64,000 bases of DNA from IMG/VR virus record IMGVR_UViG_3300044627_003892, one strand, 5' to 3'. The first letter of the stretch is position 1. Each line of letters begins with the position of its first letter. Of the stretch, positions 48,232-58,600 are shown in pieces. The notes under the pieces are model-generated. The model saw only the letters and a program-made list of their open reading frames with translations, ran no database searches and was not told where the DNA came from. Position numbers and translations under genes: made by a program. This stretch comes from a virus. Lineage: Duplodnaviria > Caudoviricetes.

Positions 48232-48684
48232 TCAACGAGCCAGCTGATAACCCATGTATTCGTGTGTTAAATTTCTAGATGACAACACGTCAGTAAGACC
48301 AAAAAGGATACCTTTTAGGAACGGGCGTATGTCTACGGTGTATCTCACCTTCGGTGGATAAAGTTTAGCATCAAACGTATAATGACACATTGTCGTATCA
48401 CCATTTTTGATATAGATGTTAAACGACTCAGGTCCATCAGTGAATGATGTGTTCAATACCTCAGGGTCTTCACTAATCTGATATTGATTGTCCAACATGT
48501 AGTTTACAGTTTTCATCTTGAAATTTTCTTTCAATTCTGAAATGAAACCATCCATCAAATCAATCAACTCAGCCGAGTTGTGAGCCTTTGGGCTATACCC
48601 CTTAACGTTAAAAAAACGTTGTACGATAAAATTGTTGTTTACCGTCATCAAGAATTCCAGTTTGGTAATGTCTTGTTCTTTCAT
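48232..48684 (-). CDS. hypothetical protein in the replication block (150 aa)
   Basis: ORF track; packed between the exonuclease and helicase genes. Confidence 0.75.
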   Translation of the reverse strand: MKEQDITKLEFLMTVNNNFIVQRFFNVKGYSPKAHNSAELIDLMDGFISELKENFKMKTVNYMLDNQYQISEDPEVLNTSFTDGPESFNIYIKNGDTTMCHYTFDAKLYPPKVRYTVDIRPFLKGILFGLTDVLSSRNLTHEYMGYQLAR

Positions 48685-48692
48685 AATTTATG

Positions 48693-49697
48693 TTATTTTT
48701 TGTTTGTTTTTGTTTTTTCTTTTCTTGTTAACTTCATGAATGGTTGGATGAAGTATGTCCATGAGTCGTCACCCTTTGGTAGGTATTTAAACAACCCGTC
48801 TTGAACCATATACTTAATTAAGTTCTTGTAACTTCTACCTTCAATATCTAATTTTTCGGTAACAATTGATAGTATTTCTTCTTTGTCTTCATCCCTCAAT
48901 AAAGGATTAGATAAGTCAACAATCTGTTCATTAACTTGGAAAAATTCTTTTTCAAAAATACCTGATTTTGTTTTACCTGTTAAAAGATTCTTTAGAGTTT
49001 GATTGTCTTTTTGTTCTTTTAACAAATCTTCAGCTCTTGTTAAAATATCGTTATAAGAAACTTCTTTTTCAAGTATCTCAGGAAAAAATTTAACTAAAGT
49101 TTTTTCACCCAAAAGATAGATACCTTCAATATTATCTGATTTATCACCAGTTAATATCTTTAAAGTTTTTACGTTATAGTGTGGGAACTCAAAGTCATCA
49201 AATTTAATTCTATCTCCGTGTTTAAACGTAGCTTTAACTGATGGTGAGTATATGGACACGTTTTCGGAAATAAGTTGTGTTAAATCTCTGTCTGATGAAA
49301 AAATAAGTTTATCTTCATTTTCAGATACTTGACAATAATAAGCAATTAAATCGTCGGCTTCTCTACCACTAATCTCTAATTGTCTTATATAGACTTCTTC
49401 CAAATATTGTTTGATACGATTTTTTTGTTTTAAGTAGGACATAAAGATTGCGTCCTCCATAACCAATCGTCGGTTTTGTTTGTATTTGGGATAAAGAATT
49501 CCACGTAAACTCGTGGAATCTTCACCATCCCATAATACTACTACCTTGTCAAAGTTTTGTTCATTTATGAATTTACGTAAAGTATTCATAAAATGATACA
49601 AAGCTCCAATGTGTTCTCCATTGTGGAAGTAATCCTTCACACCATGAAACCCAATTTTCATCAGATTGTTTCCGTCAACAAGTAGTGTTTTTTTCAC
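48693..49697 (-). CDS. 5'-3' exonuclease / flap endonuclease (Pol I N-terminal / T4 RNase H family) (334 aa, GTG start)
   Basis: LLVDGNNL, VVLWDG, EADDLIA, SSDRDLTQL, LTGDKSDNIEGI..LGEKT. Confidence 0.92.
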   Translation of the reverse strand: MKKTLLVDGNNLMKIGFHGVKDYFHNGEHIGALYHFMNTLRKFINEQNFDKVVVLWDGEDSTSLRGILYPKYKQNRRLVMEDAIFMSYLKQKNRIKQYLEEVYIRQLEISGREADDLIAYYCQVSENEDKLIFSSDRDLTQLISENVSIYSPSVKATFKHGDRIKFDDFEFPHYNVKTLKILTGDKSDNIEGIYLLGEKTLVKFFPEILEKEVSYNDILTRAEDLLKEQKDNQTLKNLLTGKTKSGIFEKEFFQVNEQIVDLSNPLLRDEDKEEILSIVTEKLDIEGRSYKNLIKYMVQDGLFKYLPKGDDSWTYFIQPFMKLTRKEKTKTNKK

Positions 49698-49706
49698 GAA
49701 CTAAAA

Positions 49707-50699
49707 TTAAAATTGTTCGTTTGTAAAAGTTTCTTCAGTCTCGTCAAGAGTTATTTCGCCTGTCCCTGTAAGGATTGCGTTCCAATATTGTGAATACTCT
49801 TTCTTATATGTTTCAAGAGCATCTTTATCGTCAGCGATATATCCTTGAGCAGTTGCGATAATCTTACCATCTTTATATCCTAATCCGTTAATATGGTTCT
49901 TTAGGACAGAAATTTTTGTTCTGATAGCGTAAGATACCGTTCTACCATTTTTAGTGGCAGTAATGTGATTAATACCCGCATTTTTCTGATTACCAAACAA
50001 GAATACAAGAGCTGATGCTAACCAAAGGGCTTCACCACCTTTTGCTTTAATTGTTGGTTGTCCAAATGGATTATCAGGTAATTCAACCCAAGGTTGATTA
50101 ACTACCACCATTGTGTTTGTATATGGGAAATCTTCTTTACGAGATTTAGTAATCCGAGCTTGAATACCCATACCAATCTTATCCGCTAATACAGATGCGT
50201 TATGTTGTTTACCACCTTTACCGTCAAATGTCATCTTACAAGGAACTGAACCAACTGAATCCCAAAGGAAACAAAGAGAATAAGGAATATTACCTTTTTC
50301 TTGTTCGTCTAATAGTTCGTTAATGTAATCTGTAACTTGTTCAATGTAGTCAAAGTTATCGTTAAAGATGAATTGACCATCCCATTCACCATCAACCATT
50401 TTAGCTTCAAGACCAAGTTCTACTGCATGGTCCCAACTCCATTTTTTCTCGGTGATAATAAAAACAGGCAAATGCCCCTTCTTCTGTACAGACACAGCGG
50501 CTTTGACAAGCGCGGTCGTTTTTGAAGAGTTCGAGTGACCCAAGAACATGTTGATGTTACCCAAAGCAGGACCAGGTAAACCGCAACTATTATGGAAAGC
50601 TTCACCGACCTCATAAAAGTCTGTTTCTTTATATTTTGTCTTGGTTGAATATTTGTCTTTGATTGCATCTAATGAAAATTCTTTTTTCTTTATTGCCAT
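49707..50699 (-). CDS. RecA/UvsX-like recombinase with a variant Walker A (330 aa)
   Basis: GHSNSSKTT P-loop, ITEKK, FLWDSVGS (Walker B), VVVNQ, KGGEA, KNHI. Confidence 0.85.
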   Translation of the reverse strand: MAIKKKEFSLDAIKDKYSTKTKYKETDFYEVGEAFHNSCGLPGPALGNINMFLGHSNSSKTTALVKAAVSVQKKGHLPVFIITEKKWSWDHAVELGLEAKMVDGEWDGQFIFNDNFDYIEQVTDYINELLDEQEKGNIPYSLCFLWDSVGSVPCKMTFDGKGGKQHNASVLADKIGMGIQARITKSRKEDFPYTNTMVVVNQPWVELPDNPFGQPTIKAKGGEALWLASALVFLFGNQKNAGINHITATKNGRTVSYAIRTKISVLKNHINGLGYKDGKIIATAQGYIADDKDALETYKKEYSQYWNAILTGTGEITLDETEETFTNEQF

Positions 50700-50739
50700 A
50701 AATGTCTATGATTTAATTTGTTTGTTGTTTAAAAATAGC

Positions 50740-50778
50740 AAAGGTTGGACACTTTGTGTATGTTAGTGTCCAACCTTT
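50740..50778 (-). terminator. 14-bp perfect stem hairpin between ssb and recA (terminator or RNA-processing site)
   Basis: aaaggttggacact-(11 nt)-agtgtccaaccttt; on the minus strand it is followed by GCTATTTTT. Confidence 0.65.
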
Positions 50779-50784
50779 TATAAA

Positions 50785-51624
50785 TTAAAATGGTAAATCA
50801 CCATCTGGTTCTGCTTCTGCCTGTGGGTCAACATATGCCCCACCGATAGTACCTTCGTCAGATGAACTATCACCATAAACGTATTTACCTAAATCAGATG
50901 ACCATCTTGGAGTTTCTCCACGAGCAATTGCTTCCAAATACTCAACAGGTTTCTTAGAGTAAACATCCATCCAAGTAAGTGGGTCTTCAGTCCAAGCCTT
51001 AGCCGTTTCAGCATCTGCGTGAACAGGTGTTGGGTCATCATGCATAACAGTCTGAATAACCGTGTAAGTAGCACCTTTTGGTGTCTTCGCCTTTGTCAAT
51101 TCTATGATAAGGTCACGACCATTAACAGGGTCTGTGATATCACCTTTAGCTTTCCAAATCGGAATAATTTTATCAAGGATACCTTCGTTCTTGTAATTGT
51201 GTTTAAAACGCCAAAACTTAACTCCGTCAGCTTCGTTATCACGGTCAACCACTTTAACGATATAGAATTTACGTGGCTTATACGCCTTTGCAAGTTCTTT
51301 ATCAGACTCTTTACCTGTTGACATTAATTCGTCATGAATTTCAGTCAAAGGTGAACGCTCGTTGTCGTTCTTTCCTGGGTCATAGATTTTATTCCATTTA
51401 CCCTCAACTTGTACTTCGTGGTACCATACTTCTTTGAAGGGTGATGACCCGTCAGGTGTAGGTAGAATACGAAGACGTTTCTGTCCTGAGTTCTCATTTT
51501 GCATCAAGATTGCTGCAAAATATTTTTTCATTCTGTCTTCTTGAGACATTTTGTTTGCAGAGTTACCTCCACTTTTCGCTTTTTCATACTGTGCGAGTAC
51601 AGCATCTAGGGAATTTGTCGCCAT
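50785..51624 (-). CDS. single-stranded DNA-binding protein, T4 gp32-like (279 aa)
   Basis: RLRILP...PFKEVWYH, RKFYIVKVVDRD, GRDLII; acidic C-terminal tail ending DLPF; sits next to recA. Confidence 0.75.
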   Translation of the reverse strand: MATNSLDAVLAQYEKAKSGGNSANKMSQEDRMKKYFAAILMQNENSGQKRLRILPTPDGSSPFKEVWYHEVQVEGKWNKIYDPGKNDNERSPLTEIHDELMSTGKESDKELAKAYKPRKFYIVKVVDRDNEADGVKFWRFKHNYKNEGILDKIIPIWKAKGDITDPVNGRDLIIELTKAKTPKGATYTVIQTVMHDDPTPVHADAETAKAWTEDPLTWMDVYSKKPVEYLEAIARGETPRWSSDLGKYVYGDSSSDEGTIGGAYVDPQAEAEPDGDLPF

Positions 51625-51653
51625 TTTGTGTGTATAATTTATTAGTTAATATT

Positions 51654-51685
51654 CAAGTATAAGTGTGTCAGCCGTAATAGTCAAA
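51654..51685 (-). promoter_or_regulatory. candidate Bacteroidota sigma70-type promoter ahead of the replication block
   Basis: Minus strand TTTG-N20-TATACTTG; one mismatch to the established TTTG-N19-21-TAnnTTTG consensus. Confidence 0.45.
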
Positions 51686-51693
51686 TTCGAAAT

Positions 51694-52374
51694 TTAGAAT
51701 TTCAAAGGTTTGTAACCATTCTCTTCTCCAAAATCGTTAAATGTAGTTTTAATTTCTGATGGTGTATAACTTTCAACTTCATCAGTTGTTAAAACATATT
51801 CATTTTTTCCTGATTTTTCCATATCTTGTTCTTTATCTATAAAGAAATCCGATAATTTTTGATTGTATGGTCCTGAGTCTAAACTTCTCAATTCAAGTTT
51901 TTCTTGTGGAGTTTTTTCTCTGTATTTTTCAATCTTAGATTCAATATCATTTAATTTTGTAAAAATACCTTCCATATCTTTTAATTTACTTTCTAAACCA
52001 TTTAACTGATTAAAAAGATTATTAAAGTATTCTTCTTGTTTTGTTTCAATATTTTGTTGTGACTTTACTAAATCAGTAATTTCCAATTCTTCAGTTCCTG
52101 TTTCTTCAGAACCTTCATCCCCAACTTTTTCAACATCAGGGTCATTCTCAACATCAATAGGTTCAGGTTCGGTTGACGCTGGAGGTGTTGTACCCGCAAC
52201 ATCTGCCTCTCCACCAGGCGCTGGAGGTGGTGGTGGTACCGCACCTGGTTCAGGAGTTGCTAATGGGTCATCACCAGGAGCCGGAATTGTTGTCCCCGCA
52301 TCTTGTTCTAAAATATAATTATTAATTTTATTATATCTTCTTAACTCTTCTATAATTGTTTGTGATATTGCCAT
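51694..52374 (-). CDS. acidic, Pro-rich, coiled-coil hypothetical protein (226 aa)
   Basis: ORF track; low-complexity PPPPP/acidic N-terminal half and heptad-like C-terminal half. Confidence 0.75.
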   Translation of the reverse strand: MAISQTIIEELRRYNKINNYILEQDAGTTIPAPGDDPLATPEPGAVPPPPPAPGGEADVAGTTPPASTEPEPIDVENDPDVEKVGDEGSEETGTEELEITDLVKSQQNIETKQEEYFNNLFNQLNGLESKLKDMEGIFTKLNDIESKIEKYREKTPQEKLELRSLDSGPYNQKLSDFFIDKEQDMEKSGKNEYVLTTDEVESYTPSEIKTTFNDFGEENGYKPLKF

Positions 52375-52375
52375 T

Positions 52376-52600
52376 TTAACCGTTTAATAATTGTTTGAAA
52401 CCTTGTGTTGTTTCTACGTTTATTTTTTTATTAGTATGAAGAGTATTATTAACTCTTTCAATTAATCCATCTTTCATTCTGATTGTATAACAATCACCAG
52501 TATCTAAATCACAAACTTCTTTGAAACCATTTCCTTTATCTGTTTCAGTTATTCTTGTGCTTTTTCCAAGATATCTGTCTAAAATTTCTTTAGTGCCCAT
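52376..52600 (-). CDS. hypothetical protein (74 aa)
   Basis: ORF track; TATTTAT motif 14 nt upstream; 1-nt gap to the next gene. Confidence 0.7.
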   Translation of the reverse strand: MGTKEILDRYLGKSTRITETDKGNGFKEVCDLDTGDCYTIRMKDGLIERVNNTLHTNKKINVETTQGFKQLLNG

Positions 52601-52614
52601 AATTGTTTTTTATT

Positions 52615-52621
52615 ATAAATA
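52615..52621 (-). promoter_or_regulatory. TATTTAT intergenic motif
   Basis: 14 nt upstream of ATG 52600. Confidence 0.55.
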
Positions 52622-52629
52622 TATCTCTG

Positions 52630-55600
52630 TTATAAAGAGTTCAATTCTGTGTCAAAATACTTCTTAATAGTGTCTTGTAATTTATCCAATTCAGTTTTAT
52701 TAGTTTCTTTAAATTTGTCATAATCAATGTCAGTCTGATATGGGAAATATTTTAAATAACATTTAGCAAATTCTTTTGCGTATTCCACAGAATTTGCAAA
52801 GTTTAAAACTTCATTTTTAAATAACCTACCAAATCTAGAATTTAATAATTTTACACTATTTTCAGGAGTATTAAAAACAAAATAAGGTTGACTTACACTA
52901 TTAATCTCTAAACAAATATATAATTTATCAACAATATATTGTTTATTAGTTCCACCAATAATATCAGTACTTACAGGTATATTGGCTAAATTATTATTAT
53001 AAACTTTTAATCCAGTTCCGCTATCATTTTCTAAAAGTATTAAAGTATAAATTAATTTTTTTCTTTCATTATCACTTACATATTCATTAATATAAGCTAC
53101 TATTTCAGAATAAGTTAGTGTTGTTGTTGTTGTTGAGGTTAACACATATTCACTAAATGTTGCACCTGAAGGTTCACAATTAGCGGTTGATGGGTTGGCC
53201 TGATTATTAATATTTTCAATAGCTATTGCCGAAATTTCAGTTTGTGTTCTATTAGGCAATGGGCTAATAGTATTTTGAGATGTTTTACTCTGTTGTACTA
53301 TATTTTGTAAAAGTTCTCTTTTAATTGTTTGTAACAATTGGTCAACAGTCGGTAAAGTAAATACACTCATTCTTGTGCCAGTAAATGTTGTCTCAAAATT
53401 ACCACTACTTATTGAGTGTGAAACACTTGTAATTAAATACGTACCACCAAATAAAGGCATATTTCTTAATATAAAATACATACTTGGTTGTATCATAACA
53501 TTACCAAACGAATTAACTGACGCTTCATAACTTCTTAATTTATATAAATTATATAATGATACGTTTTGTGTCGATGTTGTTGTTCCATTCGCTAAATTAG
53601 CCATTTCAAATTCTCGATATAACGATTCACTTGTTGGTTTACCTAAATCTTGTGATACTGAAACATTTTTAAATATACTTTGATTTTGAAGACCAAAGTC
53701 AACCGAAAATCCTACTACTTTATTAGATAAACCACAAACCTTATTACCTGTTGAACTATCAACCAATGGTTGTTGAGCAGCTCTTTTTAAATCAAAACCG
53801 TCATTATTATAACCATTTGCGGTATCAGGATTTTCCAATTGTTTTGACGCTTGGTCAACATACATACAAACATATTTAGTTTTTGTTTGTTGATAATCAA
53901 CATTTGTAAAAGTACCAAAAAGAGAATTCGCAAAACTAACTGGTTCACCACTTGGTGGTTCACAGTCAATAGACGGGTCATTAATACCATAAAAATTTAT
54001 GTAACCAGGAATAATAAAAGGCGTAAAATGGTGTTGAATTAAAATACTATCTATTATCGCATTAACAGGACCATCAATTGTTTTTAATAAATCTTTAACT
54101 TTAAAAACATCAACATAAATTTTATCCCCAATATCTCTGTTTGCTCTATCTAAAAATAAAAAATCTTCAAATAAAGTTTCAGAATTATAATTATGTCCAG
54201 CAATCCAAGTGTCATTCATTGCCTTAAATTTCTCATATTTCTCAACTTTTGATTGTAAACCATCAATATTCGATTGTTGCGTACTATAAGGATTTATTTT
54301 TTGTACGGATGGTAAACTTTTTGATATTTGTATGAATGTTTGATTAAATAAACTAGATAATTCACTGTCAAAAGTTGTTAAAATAGAATCAATTGTTGTT
54401 TTAAAACTTGTACTATCAAAAACACCATTTGTATATTGTTGTAATTTTTTAGTCGCGAAAACTTTAATTACATTTTGATAATAAATAATGTTACTACTTG
54501 TAAACTCAATATTCATCGTTGGAAAAAAATCGGTTATAAATGACCCGTCATCACTATAAATTAATTGGGATATCGTTGAGAACCCAACATACAGTTCTAA
54601 AGTTTTCCAAGCTTCGGGATATAATAATTGTGAATCCGCTAATGTAATTGTTCCTCCCGATGTTGGTAATGAATTATTAATATAACCACCTGGTGGTATT
54701 GTATTTAACAATGGGTTTGATGAAACACTACTAAAAATTCTTTTATCGTATTTTTTAGGATTACCAATTGATATTAGTTTATTATAACTAATATGTGAAT
54801 TTAAAATAATAGATTGTTGAGTTATCTGATTCTCACGTATCAAATTAATATTTGCCACCGTTGAGTTATCAGGATTTTTATCCGTGGTAAGTATATTTTT
54901 AATTACATTATAAAATTTTTCTTTTTCGGTGTCTTTATTTGGTGATTTTGCGTAATTCAAAAAAACACTTTCAATCATATCTAATTCATCTTTTGAAAAT
55001 ACTGAAAAAATTTCTTCAATTGAATCGTACTCATCTTCAGCAAATAATTCAAAAGGTGTTTGTATTGCGATACTTCCAATATATATTCTTTTTAAATATT
55101 TGTCAGGGGGATTAATTATAAATTGTGTAGTATCAAAGTAACCATAGTTAGGTCCTCCCCACAATAACCTAACACTACCATTATACATACTATTATTATT
55201 AATTAATGAATTTCGAACAAAAGGAAGACCTGATGAATTATCAATCATTTCAGCAACTAATTGATTACTTGTTGCGGATGTTTCAGTATCATATATTCCA
55301 AATGATGGAGTAATAACATATTTATTCGCTTGTATATCTTTAACTAATACACTCAGGCTACTGATTTTAACCATCTTAGTACTACCAGGTGTTGTAACAA
55401 TATCAAAACCAACTGTTGTTCCTGAACTATCTAAAATCCAAATATTTTTTGATGTAATCGCATCATTAATTTTATTCTGAATATCAATTGTTGTATCTGC
55501 GGATAAAAATAAATTAACACCATTAACTAAATAATAAAAATCATTTATTAATTTTGGATAAAATCCTAAAGTGAAACCTTGTGAAGAAGGTTCATCTTGT

Positions 55601-58600
55601 TGTAAAACGATTGTATTGTTTTGGATAATATATGGAGTATTTACCTGACCATTAACTGGGTCATAGTTATTAGCGTAATCAAAATTATTCCAAACATTTG
55701 ATAGGATATCAACACCATTTTCTTTCCAATTTTTATATCTATACCATATAGAACCAAGTTTTGCAATCCATGGTAATGGTAATGCGTGAATACCTGAATA
55801 TTTTTTTAACGTTGTTGATACGAAATCTTGTTTTTTAGTTACTCCACCCGCCAAAATATTAGCCAAGTCATTAAATACATATCTTTCTCTTGTTGTGGTT
55901 AAAGGTAAACTGTTCAAAAATAAATAAGACGCACTTATATATGGGTGGTCAGAACCACTTCTTTCATTTTCAATACCTTCCTGTATAGCGTTAATAAAAT
56001 ATGGAGTATTTAGGATTGATGTTGTTTGAGATTGTGTCAACTGTGAGTTTGTGCAAGTAATTTTACCTTCAGTAAAAATATATTTATCAACAGTCCTATT
56101 TGTATAAAAGGTATTTAAATTTACTTCTGATGAAATAATTTTATTACTTGTAATTTTTAAATCAACAATTGGTAAATTAGGTAAACTACCATTATACCCC
56201 AATGGTCCAATAGCTTCATTTACATCATAATTCGCAATTTTTTTATTATACGTATTATAAAATAGTGAAGATTCGGTACTGTATATTAAGTATTTATTTA
56301 AAATTACGCCGTTTTCTAAGTTATTTTGACACCATGTTAAATCAACAAATGGATATATATCCAAAGAATTTGTTGCGTATGTAACATTTTTTAGGGTGTC
56401 CGATACTAAAGTAGTTAAGTTTGCACCAACTAATTGACTTTGTTCAGGTAAATCTTTATTTAAAATTTTAAAAGAATTATTAACTCTATCAATTAGATAT
56501 TGAGTAGTAAGAAACCCATTTGAATATTTTGCATAACTAACAGGGAAAGTAGATAGTAAATCATTAAATGTTGTTATAGTCCTGTAAGGTCCATATTTAA
56601 GAATATTAATTATTTCTCCATTGTCATATCTGAGTGATTCGTTCATGTTAGCAAACTCAGTTTGACTTAAAAAAAGAAGAACATTATTAAACCCTAAATC
56701 ACCTGAAAATCCATTAAGAGTTACAATTAATTGTAATCTTTCCATAATTTCAAAAAAGAAATTAGGCATTTCCAAAACACTATATGGTATATTTGATGGT
56801 ATTGTATCAAAACCTGAAATTAAATTTCTTAAAATAACATTGGTATCTTCTTGAGGTTGTGGTGTGGTCGCCGGAATATCTCTCATAATAAAACCTTTAA
56901 CATATTCCTCAACAAACTCTACTTCAGGCCAAGCCTCATAATCATTTGCACCTGTTTGATTTATATAATTAGGGTCACCAGGATATTGTATTTCAAGTTT
57001 TTCAACGCCATCAATAGTTTTACCAACCAAATATTGTGGCCAAGGATAAACAATTGGAGCAACCTCATTTTCTTTTTTATCAAATCCTCCAATACTTTGT
57101 TGTCTTTTTTTACTCTCTCTTTGATTAAACGCCTTTGTATGTACGTCTTCTAACAATAATAAATAAGCTTCTGCCGATGCCATAATTACCCCAATAATAT
57201 TTCGTATTGTTGGTTGAAATCCTATACCTTTAGATGATTGTAACAATTCTCCAAGTTGTTCCGAAAGTTTTGTTTCTAATTCTTCTTTATAAGAATTTAA
57301 TTTTTTTGTGATTTTTTGAATATATGCTGAAAATCCATTTTTACTTTCAACACTAAAAATAAAAGGAAATGATGTATCCGAATAAACAAGTATATCAATT
57401 TCTAATTTTAATTCGTCTCTTTGGACATCAGTAAATGTTGTTCCCCCATATCTTTTAATTGCAGTTTTATCAATATCAAAATTATTAGTATCTAAAAAAG
57501 GTATTAAAGAATTTACAATATCTTCCTTCTTAATTGGGATACTATATAAACCTCCTGTATCCCCAAATGTTTGATTTTTATTAAGAATAGCAACTTTATT
57601 TTCAATTATAGTTGTTAATTCGGTATATACTTTACTAAAATACGTTATGTCCGCAGTACCAGCAGAAAGATACGTATAAACATTAAAATTATTAGTATCT
57701 TCTTTAACAACGAAAGGTTTTGATAAATCAAGATTTTTATTAAACCAAGAATCACTATATAAATAAATTTCAGAATTTAGTTGTTCTAATGTTTTTAAAT
57801 ATTTTTCATAATCAGTTAACGGATTTAATGAAACTTGTCCTAATTCCTCTAAACTTGTATTAATGAAATTTTCTAATCGAGTAATTAATGATTGTATAGT
57901 TAACTCTGGAAAATTTTTATCTAATAAACCTTTTGATTTATATTTCTTATAAACCTCAACAATTTTATTATACCCTAAAAATGTTGTAGATTTTTTAAAA
58001 TCTTGTGTGACATTATTATTAACTAAAGTCCCACTATTGTAATTATTAATTACATCTGTTTGATACATTTGAGGAACTGCATATAAATCAGTCATAAATA
58101 TATCTTTTAAAACCGTAAAATTGTAAGCGGTTAATGATAAAGTTATTTCAAAATTTCCTGTTCCCGAATTAAACGCCCCATGAAATTTAGTAAGAAATAA
58201 TTGATATCTAATTGCTTTACCATACCATCCTTTTAAAGTTAAATAAAATACAGGATAAGGTAAGTTAAAAAACGCAGAGTAAATCGAGTCGTTACCACTT
58301 TCAAATAAAGCTCTACCTCTAACATCTTCTAAGTTTATAGTAAATTCTGCAATATAAGCCTGATTAGCTTTATAACTAATTTGTGTTATACCTAATAACT
58401 CTCCATTAATTTCTTGTTGAGTTAAATCTTTGGATTGTAACTCAGTCCAATTAGTTGTTAAATAATCGTTACCTGTTGGTTTTAAAAAATTAATCTTACC
58501 AAGGCCTATTGTCCTAAGTTGTGAATTGTTATTACCTCCAACAATTAATTTACTTCTTGGTTGTAAGTTACATTCCAAGTTAGCGTACATCACTAATTCT

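Noticed and set aside
43410-50699. Introns, inteins or homing endonucleases in nrdA, nrdB, helicase or recA
   Set aside because: Lengths are ordinary, frames are uninterrupted, and no intein or HNH/LAGLIDADG motifs were seen.
709-52621. T4-type TATAAATA late promoters firing on the + strand
   Set aside because: There are no credible + strand genes, and the motif tracks minus-strand start codons, so the TATTTAT orientation is preferred.
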